This document shows positions 18,467 through 28,138 of a stretch of DNA of 49,477 bases, piece after piece. Every line of letters starts with the position of its first letter. Position 1 is the stretch's first letter. Source of the DNA: a virus (taxonomy: Duplodnaviria; Heunggongvirae; Uroviricota; Caudoviricetes); the IMG/VR virus record IMGVR_UViG_2541047944_000004, positions 1 through 49,477 of that record. One strand, given 5' to 3'. The notes under the pieces are model-generated. The model was given only the letters and a program-made list of their open reading frames with translations. It was not told the DNA's origin and did no database searches. The position numbers were made by a program, and so were the translations under genes.

Positions 18467-19012
18467 ATGAAATCAAAGGACGTCATTTTTGATGAAATCC
18501 TCGGAAAAGAGGGTGGCTACGTCAATCATCCGGACGATAAAGGTGGGCCGACAAAATGGGGTATTACAGAAAAAGTCGCCCGCGCTCACGGATATCGCGG
18601 CGATATGCGTGACCTGACGCGCGGGCAGGCGCTGGAAATACTCGAGGCGGATTACTGGTTCGGACCACGTTTTGACCAGGTCGCCGCATTATCCCCTGAT
18701 ATTGCTGCAGAGTTGTGTGATACCGGTGTGAATATGGGGCCGTCCGTAGCATCGAAAATGCTCCAACGCTGGCTGAACGTTTTCAACCTGCAAGGCAAAT
18801 TGTTCCCGGATATGGACGCAGACGGGCGTATCGGCCCCCGCACGATTAATGCACTACGGACTTATCTGCAAAAACGCGGCAAAGACGGCGAACTGGTGAT
18901 GCTGAAGGCGCTGAATTGCACGCAGGGTGACCGCTATCTGGAGCTGGCAGAAAAACGCGAGGCCAACGAGTCGTTTGTCTACGGCTGGATGAAAGAGCGC
19001 GTAGCAGTTTAA
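18467..19012 (+). CDS. Endolysin, glycoside hydrolase family 108-like with peptidoglycan-binding domain
   Basis: N-terminal DEILGKEGGYVNHPDDKGGPTKWGIT motif typical of GH108 phage lysozymes. Confidence 0.8.
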   Translation: MKSKDVIFDEILGKEGGYVNHPDDKGGPTKWGITEKVARAHGYRGDMRDLTRGQALEILEADYWFGPRFDQVAALSPDIAAELCDTGVNMGPSVASKMLQRWLNVFNLQGKLFPDMDADGRIGPRTINALRTYLQKRGKDGELVMLKALNCTQGDRYLELAEKREANESFVYGWMKERVAV

Positions 19013-19105
19013 AAACTGACGCTGAAGTGCTGAACACCCTCAACTCATGCTGGCTCTTTTCTGGGGCTACGATGAGCGAAAGTAAGGGGCATAGCATCAG
19101 ATAGC

Positions 19106-19139
19106 AAAAACCCCGGCTGCGGTAACAGTCCGGGGTTTT
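19106..19139 (+). terminator. Rho-independent terminator after endolysin
   Basis: AAAAACCCCGGctgcggtaacagtCCGGGGTTTT; near-identical hairpin recurs at 39280..39315. Confidence 0.5.
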
Positions 19140-19172
19140 CTGTTTCTGGCCTTGGGTAAGGCAAAGGAGAAC

Positions 19173-19355
19173 ATGAGGAAGTATAAACTAATTCTGTTGA
19201 GGTTGACTATGAAAAACGGCCTTGAATTGAAAGCGCCTGTAACTGATGACATCAGCAGAGCGGTGGCTTTTGCCATTAAGTGGGTGGCGGTTGGTATCGC
19301 CGTGTCTCCGATGCTGTATGGGCTGGCAAAACTGGTCATTGCGGTGAAATCGTAA
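19173..19355 (+). CDS. Small membrane protein (61 aa), possible lysis accessory
   Basis: AAGGAGA RBS; C-terminal hydrophobic helix. Confidence 0.4.
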   Translation: MRKYKLILLRLTMKNGLELKAPVTDDISRAVAFAIKWVAVGIAVSPMLYGLAKLVIAVKS

Positions 19356-19372
19356 GTGGGGCGGGGGTAAAT

Positions 19373-19507
19373 ATGTCAGATAGCATCGTAAAGCTGGTGA
19401 GGATTCTCTGTGTGGTTGTTGGCCTTTCATTTTCAGCAATGTTGGTTGCTATTTTCATTGCCACAGCCTGGCGAGTATTGAGCTTATCCGGATTGATTGG
19501 TGGATAG
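19373..19507 (+). CDS. Small membrane protein (44 aa)
   Basis: GGGGGT RBS; single hydrophobic helix. Confidence 0.35.
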   Translation: MSDSIVKLVRILCVVVGLSFSAMLVAIFIATAWRVLSLSGLIGG

Positions 19508-19511
19508 CAAG

Positions 19512-19694
19512 ATGAAGCGGAAGCACTGGACACACAGAATGCCGCGAGCGGCGGCAAAATGGGCACTGGTAGCGATACTGGTGCCTTTTTTTCTGGTGGG
19601 ATGCGTCAGCCTGGATAAGGCGCGCCAGCTTTTCGATACGGCTTCTCAGGTCTGCGAAATTGTTGACGGTGTTCGGCAGTGTCTGCAGAACTGA
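19512..19694 (+). CDS. Putative lipoprotein (60 aa), possible o-spanin-like lysis component
   Basis: Signal peptide ending in lipobox LVGC; located after endolysin. Confidence 0.4.
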   Translation: MKRKHWTHRMPRAAAKWALVAILVPFFLVGCVSLDKARQLFDTASQVCEIVDGVRQCLQN

Positions 19695-19865
19695 TCGCCC
19701 ATAAGAGCAGAATATTTTGCTGAAAAATGAAGGGTGCGCCAGCGTCCGGAAAGCATGAAATTCTGTGTTTGTAGCTACTCAATAAAATAAATTCTTTCTG
19801 TCGCCGCGAATACTCAAATGTTGATCAGTGCCCGGTGCGGCGATGGGCTTCGATATCAGGAGACG

Positions 19866-20165
19866 ATGATGGAAAAAACAGAAAACAAACCGATTGTAAT
19901 TGGTGCTGATGCTGCTCCGTTTATGTTTGAGTTGTCTCAACTGGTGGAGATGCGCATCAGTGATGAATGGGGTGAGGTTAAAGCCCGCGCGCAGTATGCG
20001 GATGGCGAAAACCAGTACTTGATCCACTACAAAGCAACTGATGGTCGCGCCACGACGGAGTGGTTTGGTGAGTCAATGCTGGAAGCAACAGAAGATGATC
20101 GTCATCCTGGTTGTCCGGTATTTGCTGGTATGGAATTACCGGAAGGTGCGGTAGTTACTGAGTAA
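19866..20165 (+). CDS. Hypothetical protein (100 aa)
   Basis: AGGAG RBS 4 nt before ATG. Confidence 0.55.
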   Translation: MMEKTENKPIVIGADAAPFMFELSQLVEMRISDEWGEVKARAQYADGENQYLIHYKATDGRATTEWFGESMLEATEDDRHPGCPVFAGMELPEGAVVTE

Positions 20166-20288
20166 CAGGCATTACAGCAGCCCTTCAGTGTGAGGGGCTG
20201 CGATAATGTCAAAGCTCGTTATCAGCACCCGCCGCGCACCCAGCGCACTGGCCGATAGCGGGCTTTTTTATTCATAAAGCGAGGCTGT

Positions 20289-21077
20289 ATGAGCGAGAAA
20301 TTGAAGATCGTCTATCGCCCGTTACAAGAACTATCTCCGTATGCACACAATGCCAGGACACACAGCCCTGAGCAGGTGGCACAACTGATAGAAAGCATTA
20401 AGCAATTCGGCTGGACTAACCCAGTGCTGATTGATGAAAAGGGCGAAATTATTGCGGGTCATGGTCGTGTTATGGCGGCTGAAGTGCTCAAAATGGATTC
20501 GGTTCCGGTCATTGTTCTGTCTGGTCTGACGGATGACCAAAAAAAGGCGTACCGCCTGGCAGATAATCGCCTGCCGATGAATGCTGGCTGGGATGAAGAT
20601 CTGTTACGGATGGAGCTGTCGGACCTAATCAATGCTGATTTTGATGTCTCCCTGACAGGATTCAGCCCAACAGAAATTGATGAATTGTTGACGGATGTTT
20701 TGCCAGGTACAGGAATTGAGGAGGAGCCGTACACGACGAAAATTGATACGCCTGTTTATGAGCCGTCGGGCGATAAACCAGATATAAGTGAACTGTACGA
20801 CGATACGAAAACTCAGGAGTTGATCAGCCGGATAAGTTCGGCGTCCCTTGATCCTGATATTGAGAAATTCCTCCTGTGTGCGGCAGAACGTCATACGGTG
20901 TTTAATTTTAGCAGAATTGCGGACTATTACGCTCACGCCCCCGCTGAAATTCAGTGCTTTTTCGAGGAATCGGCGCTGGTGATCATTGATTATCAGCAGG
21001 CTATTGAAAATGGATTTGTCCGGATGACGCAGCGTATGGTGGAGATCATGCATGGCGGGGAGGAGGAATATGCGTGA
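20289..21077 (+). CDS. ParB-like nuclease domain protein
   Basis: N-terminal ParB/sulfiredoxin-like motif (NPVLIDEKGEIIAGHGRVMAAEVL); 262 aa. Confidence 0.7.
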   Translation: MSEKLKIVYRPLQELSPYAHNARTHSPEQVAQLIESIKQFGWTNPVLIDEKGEIIAGHGRVMAAEVLKMDSVPVIVLSGLTDDQKKAYRLADNRLPMNAGWDEDLLRMELSDLINADFDVSLTGFSPTEIDELLTDVLPGTGIEEEPYTTKIDTPVYEPSGDKPDISELYDDTKTQELISRISSASLDPDIEKFLLCAAERHTVFNFSRIADYYAHAPAEIQCFFEESALVIIDYQQAIENGFVRMTQRMVEIMHGGEEEYA

Positions 21078-22002
21078 TGATTTTTGCGCCTTTATTCTGA
21101 CTCACGGGCGACCGGACAAAGTTCTGACTTACCAGACGTTGCGACGTGCTGGCTATACCGGGAAAATTTTTATCGTTGTTGATGATGAAGATAATACACG
21201 GCATCAGTACATAGCTGAATTTAGTGAACAGGTGCTGGTGTTTTCCAAAGCCGAAATCGCCAGTCGTTTTGACGAAGCCGATAATTTCGGTGACCGCCGA
21301 TCAATTTTTTACGCCCGTAATGCCTGTTTCGACCTGGCAAAACTGGTCGGGTGTAAATACTTCATTCAGCTCGATGATGATTATCACGAGTTCCAGTTTC
21401 GGGTGGATCGTAACTATGATCAGGCCTATTTCCCGATAAGAAAACTGGATGCGATCCTTTCTGAAATGCTGGCGTACTACGAATCAATACCTGCGCTTTC
21501 CATCGCTATGTCGCAGGGCGGGGATTTTCTTGGTGACAATGGCGGCCATGCTTCGTGGGTGAAACGCAAGGCAATGAACAGCTTTATCTGTTCGGTTGAT
21601 CGACCGTTCTCATTCATGGGGCGCATTAACGAGGATGTGAATACGTACACGAATCTCGGTCGCTGTGGTGAATTGTTTATGACGATCGGTGCTGTCCAGT
21701 TAGGGCAGAAACAGACGCAGAAAAACAGCGGCGGAATGACCGAGCTGTATCTGGATTCCGGAACCTACGTTAAAAGTTTTTACTCCGTCATGTATGCGCC
21801 GTCGTGCGTAAAAATCTCACTGATGGGTGCCAGCCATAAACGCATTCACCATCAGGTCACCTGGAACAACGCTGCAGTAAAAATCCTTCACGAAAAATAC
21901 AGGAAGAAGACACCCTGCATATCAATGGGGGTGACAAATGATTCCGTATTCGAAAGTCGAGTCTCTGGCAGCGTGCCGGATGACTGCACAACAAATAGCT
22001 GA
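21070..22002 (+). CDS. Hypothetical protein with glycosyltransferase-like (GT-A, DxD) features
   Basis: IFIVVDDEDN and QLDDDYHEF acidic motifs resembling GT-A DxD; start overlaps ParB-like stop (ATGCGTGA). Confidence 0.5.
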   Translation: MRDDFCAFILTHGRPDKVLTYQTLRRAGYTGKIFIVVDDEDNTRHQYIAEFSEQVLVFSKAEIASRFDEADNFGDRRSIFYARNACFDLAKLVGCKYFIQLDDDYHEFQFRVDRNYDQAYFPIRKLDAILSEMLAYYESIPALSIAMSQGGDFLGDNGGHASWVKRKAMNSFICSVDRPFSFMGRINEDVNTYTNLGRCGELFMTIGAVQLGQKQTQKNSGGMTELYLDSGTYVKSFYSVMYAPSCVKISLMGASHKRIHHQVTWNNAAVKILHEKYRKKTPCISMGVTNDSVFESRVSGSVPDDCTTNS

Positions 22003-22189
22003 CGTTCTGGATGTTGATCTGAACCGACTGAAAGAAAATCGGGAAGCAATGACAAATTTTTATGCGTCCATCCGTAAGGGCAGAGCGAAAGGTGAAGCCG
22101 AGCTACGGGCGGCATTGTTTAAGCTTGCCAGAAAAGGGGATGCCTTTGCCCTGCGCGAACTACTCAGGGTGGATAAAAATCAGGACTAA
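21938..22189 (+). CDS. Small HTH-like protein (83 aa) upstream of terminase
   Basis: Predicted helix-turn-helix (MTAQQIADVLDVDLNRL); overlaps 3' end of upstream gene. Confidence 0.45.
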   Translation: MIPYSKVESLAACRMTAQQIADVLDVDLNRLKENREAMTNFYASIRKGRAKGEAELRAALFKLARKGDAFALRELLRVDKNQD

Positions 22190-22192
22190 CTG

Positions 22193-23284
22193 ATGAGCAG
22201 ACCGGACTGGGGGGCGTTGCAGCAGGAATATATTGCTGAATACACCCGCTCCGGTGTATCTCCGGTGGCATGGTGTGAAGCAAGGGGACTGAATTACGCA
22301 ACAGCCCGTCGTTACATCAAAAAACCTCCGAAAAATGCGCAGACAGAAATGCGCAAAACTGCGCAAAAAAGTGCGCAGAAAAAATCTGCGCAGACTGCGC
22401 AAAAGCGGAACGGAAAATCTCAGATAAAAAAGTCAGTATCCGATGCGCGCCTGAATGAGGGCGACGCAGAGGAAATTTCATTCTGTCCCGATGAATTCGG
22501 CATTTCTGACCAGCAGGCTAAGTTTGCGATGCTGGTTGCTCAGGGGAAAAAGCCGACAGAGGCATACCGACTGGCTGGTTATGAGGGGCAAGGTGCGACA
22601 GCTAACAGCAACGCCAGCCGTATGCTTAGAAATGCCAGGGTTTATCGTGCCATTAGCTACTTCCGCAATCAGTACCAGAAACGCTATACCGCAGACCTGG
22701 ATTTACTGGTGAGCCAGTTGATGGCTATTGTCCAGGCCGACCCCAATCAGTTGGCACAATTTCGCCGTGTTAACTGCCGTTATTGCTGGGGCGAGAATCA
22801 TCTCTACCAGTGGCGTGATATTGCAGAATTCGATAAGGCAGCGGCACAGGCCTCCAGAGATGGCAAACCCGAACCGGAATATGGAGGCCTCGGCTTTGTT
22901 GATAACGCCATACCTAATCCGGATTGTCCGAAGTGCTGCGGTGAGGGAACGGGACAGCTTTATATGGCTGATACCACTCTGCTTGATGGGGATGCGCGAC
23001 AATTATATGCAGGGGCAAAGCTCGGGAAATTTGGTGTTGAGATTCTGCTGGAGGATAAGGCTGCCGCCCGGCGCGAACTTATCAAGCTGATAACGGCGAC
23101 GAAAGGAAGTTCTGCTGGTGGTGCAACTGACAGTCGCAATGATCTGGAGCTTGAAGGACTGAGGCTTCGCAACGAAAAGCTGCGCACTGAGATTGAAAAC
23201 CTCAAAAAAGGCGTGGGTGGTGAGAATAACGAAATAATTATCCACAACTCTCTGCCGATGCCGGGAGTGGATAATGTCGATTGA
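22193..23284 (+). CDS. Terminase small subunit
   Basis: Motif PTEAYRLAGYEG...ANSNASRMLRNARV typical of TerS; Cys-rich insertion; directly upstream of TerL. Confidence 0.7.
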   Translation: MSRPDWGALQQEYIAEYTRSGVSPVAWCEARGLNYATARRYIKKPPKNAQTEMRKTAQKSAQKKSAQTAQKRNGKSQIKKSVSDARLNEGDAEEISFCPDEFGISDQQAKFAMLVAQGKKPTEAYRLAGYEGQGATANSNASRMLRNARVYRAISYFRNQYQKRYTADLDLLVSQLMAIVQADPNQLAQFRRVNCRYCWGENHLYQWRDIAEFDKAAAQASRDGKPEPEYGGLGFVDNAIPNPDCPKCCGEGTGQLYMADTTLLDGDARQLYAGAKLGKFGVEILLEDKAAARRELIKLITATKGSSAGGATDSRNDLELEGLRLRNEKLRTEIENLKKGVGGENNEIIIHNSLPMPGVDNVD

Positions 23285-24602
23285 AATCTACCTCCCAAAA
23301 CCTCATGAGGGGCAAATAGCTGCATGGACGGCGGCAATAGAGGAACGCTTCCACGCGGTATGCTGTGGTCGTCGCTGGGGTAAAACGGTGATGCTGGTAA
23401 ACATCGCTACCAGTTTCGCTACGCGGAAATTTGCCGTTCCTACCACCGGGCAACTTATCGCGGGTAGGGTGGGGATTTTTACCGCGCAATACCGCCAGTA
23501 CCAGGAAATCTGGGATGAAATTAGCGCCGTTCTGCAACCGCTGATCCTCAGTCAGTCAAAAAATGAAAAGCGCATCATTCTCCGTAATGGGGGGCGCATC
23601 GACTTTTGGGTAACGGACAATAACAAACTGGCCGGGCGTGGGCGTAAATATCACGCTGTGCTGATTGATGAGGCCGCATTCACTAAATCGCCGGAAATGC
23701 TCGAGGAAATCTGGCCCCGAGCGATACGCCCGACGCTTGTTGATTACCGCGGCTGTGCGTGGGTATTTTCCACACCAAACGGTATCGACGAGAGCAATTT
23801 TTTCTACGCGATATGCCACGATGAATCCCTGGGATTTGTTATGCACCATGCGCCAACTTCATCGAATCCGTATATTCCGAAAGAAGAACTGGAGGAAACG
23901 GAGAAAAAATCCGATCCGCGCGTCTGGCAGCAGGAATATCTTGCAGAGTTCGTAGACTGGTCCAAAGACGCGTTACTCGATGTCGATAAGCTGCTGGTGG
24001 ACGGTCAACCAATTGAGATGCCGCCGTACTGCGACATGATTTTCGCAGTGATGGATACGGCGCTGAAAGGCGGGACCGAAAATGATGGTACTGGCGTGGT
24101 GTATTTCTCTTATGAGTCAACGTATTCGGACGAGCCAAAACTGACGATTATTGACTGGGATGTGACGCAAATTAAAGCGTCATTGCTTCCTGAATATATT
24201 CCCGGCGTTTATGACAACCTCGAGCGCCTCGCGAAATTATGCCGTCCGCGTCTGGGCAGCCAGGGAATTTTTATGGAAGACGCCGCGATGGGGGCAATCC
24301 TCAACCAGAAGGCGGAAACCGAAGGCTGGGATATGACGCCGATTAAATCGGCACTAACCAGCAAGGGCAAAGACGAACGGGCGGTGATGGCATCCAGCTA
24401 CCACTATCAGGGGATGTGCAAAATCGTCCGGGAGGCTTACGACAAGACCGTTTCATTCAAACGCACCACCGCAAACCACCTCATAAAACAAATCGCCGGG
24501 TTCCACCTGGCAGACAAAGACGCGCATAAACGTGCTGATGACCTTTTCGATTGTTATACCTATGGATTGATCATCGCGCACGGTAATTACGCGGCGTTGT
24601 AA
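23274..24602 (+). CDS. Terminase large subunit
   Basis: Walker A GRRWGKT, Walker B-like VLIDEAAF, 442 aa. Confidence 0.9.
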   Translation: MSIEIYLPKPHEGQIAAWTAAIEERFHAVCCGRRWGKTVMLVNIATSFATRKFAVPTTGQLIAGRVGIFTAQYRQYQEIWDEISAVLQPLILSQSKNEKRIILRNGGRIDFWVTDNNKLAGRGRKYHAVLIDEAAFTKSPEMLEEIWPRAIRPTLVDYRGCAWVFSTPNGIDESNFFYAICHDESLGFVMHHAPTSSNPYIPKEELEETEKKSDPRVWQQEYLAEFVDWSKDALLDVDKLLVDGQPIEMPPYCDMIFAVMDTALKGGTENDGTGVVYFSYESTYSDEPKLTIIDWDVTQIKASLLPEYIPGVYDNLERLAKLCRPRLGSQGIFMEDAAMGAILNQKAETEGWDMTPIKSALTSKGKDERAVMASSYHYQGMCKIVREAYDKTVSFKRTTANHLIKQIAGFHLADKDAHKRADDLFDCYTYGLIIAHGNYAAL

Positions 24603-24620
24603 AAAATCAGGATATTTTTG

Positions 24621-26057
24621 ATGGCAGAGATCGAGATTACTGGCGGCCTCGGTTCAGCACTGATGCATATTCTTGAGGCTGAAGAAATTCAGCCGGGAAC
24701 CGACATTGGCTATGAATTGTGTAAGCAGCTGTGGCAATTCCATCCTCTGGGCGGAAAACTTGTCGAAAAACCCATACTGATGGCGATGTGTAAGCCGCGC
24801 CAGTATAACGTGGAGACAGACCCTGACGAGAGGGTTGTGAGGCGTTTTCAGGAGGTATGGGAACGCATGAAGGTCAACGAGAAGATTAAAAATCTGTTTT
24901 TTCTGTCTCGTTGCTACGGTGCTGCAGCGATCGGCGTGGGCACCGACAGCGTTCCATGTCGTGAACCGCTTCCGACGTTCGGACTGACAGAAGATGACGT
25001 GTATATCAACGCGTGGGACCCGTTGAACGCTTCCGGTTCGATGGTGACTGACCAGAACCCCAACAGCCCGTTTTTCCAGGAAGCCAATAAAAAACTGAAG
25101 ATTGGCGGAAAAGACTGGCATCCGTCACGCACACTGAAAATCTTCAACGGCACACCGATTTATCTGGAGTTTCAGAGTTCATCGTTCGGATTCACCGGGC
25201 GAAGCGTGTTTCAGCGAGTTCTTTATTCCCTGAAATCCTATATCAATACGATGGAGGCGAATGATCTCGTCAGCCAGAAGGCAGGCGTACTGGTGGCTAA
25301 AGTTGTGCAGAACGGTTCGAAAATTGACGGGATCATGGCTGCTGCCACGGGGCGTAAAAGGGAAAACGTGAAAGCCGCCAAAAATAAAGGCGTGTTGAGT
25401 ATTGGAAAAGACGAAGACGTAAGTTCACTGAACCTGCAAAACATCGACGGGGCGCTGAATACATCCCGCGGCAACATCATTGCTGATATTGCCGCCGGGA
25501 GTGACGTTCCGGCCATTATTATCAAGGAAGAAGCGTTCAGTAACGGATTCGGTGAAGGTAAGGAGGACTCGAAGGCCATCAGCCAGTATATCGATGGTGT
25601 ACGCCAGCAGATTGAACCTGTGATGGATTATTTCGAACGCCTGGTGCAGTACATCGCCTGGAACGAGGAATTTTATCAGTCGCTGAAAAATGATTACCCG
25701 GACATCATAACTGATGACTATAAAACCACGTTTTACCAGTGGCGACGTGAATTTACCGCGACATGGCAGGAGCTGGTGGAGGAGTCGCCGGACAAACGCC
25801 GGGAAAGCGACAGTAAAGTGATTCAACAGGCGATAGCACTTTTCTCTGCCGTGTCGCCACAGGTTGATCCTGAAAACCGTGCCGCCGTCACTGAATGGCT
25901 GGCAAGCCTTGTTAATGCCACGCAAACCTATGGCGAAGCTCCACTCATCATTGATGTGGACGCGCTGGCGAATTATGAACCACCGAAACAGGAGACGCCT
26001 GATGGCAATTTCCAGCCGGGCGGTGAGGAAGAAGAAACGGATCAGGACGCTGTATGA
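24621..26057 (+). CDS. Portal protein
   Basis: About 480-aa protein immediately after TerL with acidic C-terminus. Confidence 0.75.
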   Translation: MAEIEITGGLGSALMHILEAEEIQPGTDIGYELCKQLWQFHPLGGKLVEKPILMAMCKPRQYNVETDPDERVVRRFQEVWERMKVNEKIKNLFFLSRCYGAAAIGVGTDSVPCREPLPTFGLTEDDVYINAWDPLNASGSMVTDQNPNSPFFQEANKKLKIGGKDWHPSRTLKIFNGTPIYLEFQSSSFGFTGRSVFQRVLYSLKSYINTMEANDLVSQKAGVLVAKVVQNGSKIDGIMAAATGRKRENVKAAKNKGVLSIGKDEDVSSLNLQNIDGALNTSRGNIIADIAAGSDVPAIIIKEEAFSNGFGEGKEDSKAISQYIDGVRQQIEPVMDYFERLVQYIAWNEEFYQSLKNDYPDIITDDYKTTFYQWRREFTATWQELVEESPDKRRESDSKVIQQAIALFSAVSPQVDPENRAAVTEWLASLVNATQTYGEAPLIIDVDALANYEPPKQETPDGNFQPGGEEEETDQDAV

Positions 26058-26835
26058 GGTTCTGACGGATGCCGTTAACTACTACGTAAATCACGGGTGG
26101 GATAGCGAAAAATCATTGCTCGAATGGTGCCGGAAACTCCGTGTAGCCGCTCAGCGAGAAACCCCTGATGATACCGTAGCCAGAAAACATCTCACCGCTA
26201 TCTACAGCCGTCTTGTCATCGACGGCGGGGCATTACGGGATCAGCCTCCTGATGGCCCTAAAAAAATCACTGTTGAAAAACTGAAACCTGAGTTTCGTAA
26301 GGAACTCGACAGGCGAATTTTCGCCAGTGCCAACCTGATAAAACTCAACCGCGAACAGGCTATCGAGAAAACCATACAGCGTTTTCAGGGATGGGTTACG
26401 TCCATTCCGCCTGACGGGGTGAGCGAAATTGATCGCCGGGAAGTGAAGTCCGGTTTTCAGAAGTCCGTGAAGGATATGGATTTTATCAGTCGCCGGGTGG
26501 CAATTGATCAGGGGCATAAGCTGGCAAGCAACGTTAAGTATCTGCTGGCTGTTCAGAGTGGAGCGATTGCTCTGCGCTGGCATTCTAACTGGCGGCGTCC
26601 GGGCTACAAATACCGACAGGACCACAAAGAGCGCGACGAGAAAATTTATCTCCTCCGCAATTCGTGGGCGCTGGAGCAGGGGCTGATTAAGCCCGTATAT
26701 GGTTTTTATGACGAAATCACTGCTGCCGGGGAGGAGGTTTATTGCAGTTGCGATGCACTGCCGATCTACGCCCCTCAGAAACTACCCGACGAATTTTTAA
26801 CGGAGAAGGGCAAACGTGAGTTTAACCGAGCTTGA
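26002..26835 (+). CDS. Head morphogenesis / minor head protein
   Basis: Follows portal in overlapping frame; basic N-terminus; start uncertain. Confidence 0.55.
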   Translation: MAISSRAVRKKKRIRTLYEVLTDAVNYYVNHGWDSEKSLLEWCRKLRVAAQRETPDDTVARKHLTAIYSRLVIDGGALRDQPPDGPKKITVEKLKPEFRKELDRRIFASANLIKLNREQAIEKTIQRFQGWVTSIPPDGVSEIDRREVKSGFQKSVKDMDFISRRVAIDQGHKLASNVKYLLAVQSGAIALRWHSNWRRPGYKYRQDHKERDEKIYLLRNSWALEQGLIKPVYGFYDEITAAGEEVYCSCDALPIYAPQKLPDEFLTEKGKREFNRA

Positions 26836-28138
26836 AGTGGCAGAACGCATCAGGGACGGAACCGTACCGTCTCCAGTGAAATTCTCCAACATGTGGCTGG
26901 TGAATTTGCGAATAACCGGAACCGGGCTTGCCTATCGCGCCGGGCTGAAAGAGCACGTCTGGCGTGATCCAAAGCTCTATCTGAACGAGGAGTTTTTAAG
27001 GCGATGCAATGGCCTTCCGGTTATCGCAAACCATCCTGACGACGCAGTTCTGACGGAGGAGGATTTTAAATCGCGGATCGTCGGTAGCGTCATGCTGCCG
27101 TATATCCGGGGTGATGAGGTATGGGCGGTGTGCCGCGTTTACCTCCAGAGCATTGTTGAAGAAATCGCTGAGGGGGATGTTTCGACAAGCCCGTCGGTGG
27201 TGTTCAACAGCACATCAGGAAATGTGGAAGTACAGGAAGGTGACACCAATTTTTTAATCGAAGGCGTTCCTTTCCTTGTTGATCACATCGCCCTGGTGAC
27301 GAAAGACCACGGCTCGCTGGGCGTGTGGGATAAAGACCGGATCCCCGCAGGGGTTGAAGTGACAAACACAGGTGAAATCGAGATGGAAAAAGAAGAACTC
27401 CAGGCCCTGTTACAGGGGGTTGTGAGCGATGCCCTGCAAGGCATTAATCAGAAAATCGATGGTGTCGTTACGCGCATGGACTCACTGGAACAGCGGGACA
27501 AAGCGCGGGCGGACGCCGAAGCTCAGGCGAAAAAAGAGGCCGAAGAAAAGGCCAAAGCCGATGAAGCAGCAGAGGAACAGCGTAAAGCTGATGAAGCTGC
27601 GGCAAAGGAGGCGGAAGAAAAAGCCAAAGCTGACGAGGCGGCAGCTAAAGACGCTGAGGAGAAAGCAAAGGCTGATTCCGAAGCGGAAGAACAGCGTAAG
27701 GCTGACGAGGAGGCAGAAAAAGAACGCAATGACTCTGCCCTGGCAGAAGCACAGGCAAAAGCCGACTCCGCATTCAGTGCCTGCGGTAAAAACGCGCCAG
27801 CACCGTTTTCTGGTGAAAATGCGCTGGACTACCGCAAGCGTGCGCTAATCGCTATGCAGAAACACTCTCCGGCACATAAGGACGTCAATATTCGCGCGAT
27901 TGCGGATTCTGCAACGCTGGCTGTGCTTGAGGACGCAATTTTCAGTGCCGCCCGTCAGTCCATCGAAAAAGAAATGATGAGTACGCAGGGGCAACTGCAT
28001 AAACGTATCCGCAACGATGAAGCCGGACGTCGCATTACTGAATATCAGGGCGATCCGAACGTCTGGCTGAGTGCTTTCAAAATTCCGGGGCGTCGTCTGG
28101 CAAAAATTAACACTCAAGGGAGCCTGAACAATGGCTGA
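26816..28138 (+). CDS. Scaffolding/prohead core protein with coiled-coil repeat region
   Basis: GTG start with GGAGAAGGG RBS; central repeats AEEKAKADEAA; position before capsid genes. Confidence 0.55.
   Translation: MSLTELEVAERIRDGTVPSPVKFSNMWLVNLRITGTGLAYRAGLKEHVWRDPKLYLNEEFLRRCNGLPVIANHPDDAVLTEEDFKSRIVGSVMLPYIRGDEVWAVCRVYLQSIVEEIAEGDVSTSPSVVFNSTSGNVEVQEGDTNFLIEGVPFLVDHIALVTKDHGSLGVWDKDRIPAGVEVTNTGEIEMEKEELQALLQGVVSDALQGINQKIDGVVTRMDSLEQRDKARADAEAQAKKEAEEKAKADEAAEEQRKADEAAAKEAEEKAKADEAAAKDAEEKAKADSEAEEQRKADEEAEKERNDSALAEAQAKADSAFSACGKNAPAPFSGENALDYRKRALIAMQKHSPAHKDVNIRAIADSATLAVLEDAIFSAARQSIEKEMMSTQGQLHKRIRNDEAGRRITEYQGDPNVWLSAFKIPGRRLAKINTQGSLNNG
27520..27720. repeat. Imperfect tandem DNA repeats encoding (A/E)EEKAKADEAA units
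   Basis: Seen directly: repeated gaagaaaaagccaaagctgacgaggcggca-like units. Confidence 0.8.

Noticed and set aside
27429-27848. 139-aa plus-strand ORF in an alternative frame of the scaffold repeat region
   Set aside because: Extremely Lys/Arg-rich translation produced by the repeat array; overlaps the annotated scaffold frame.
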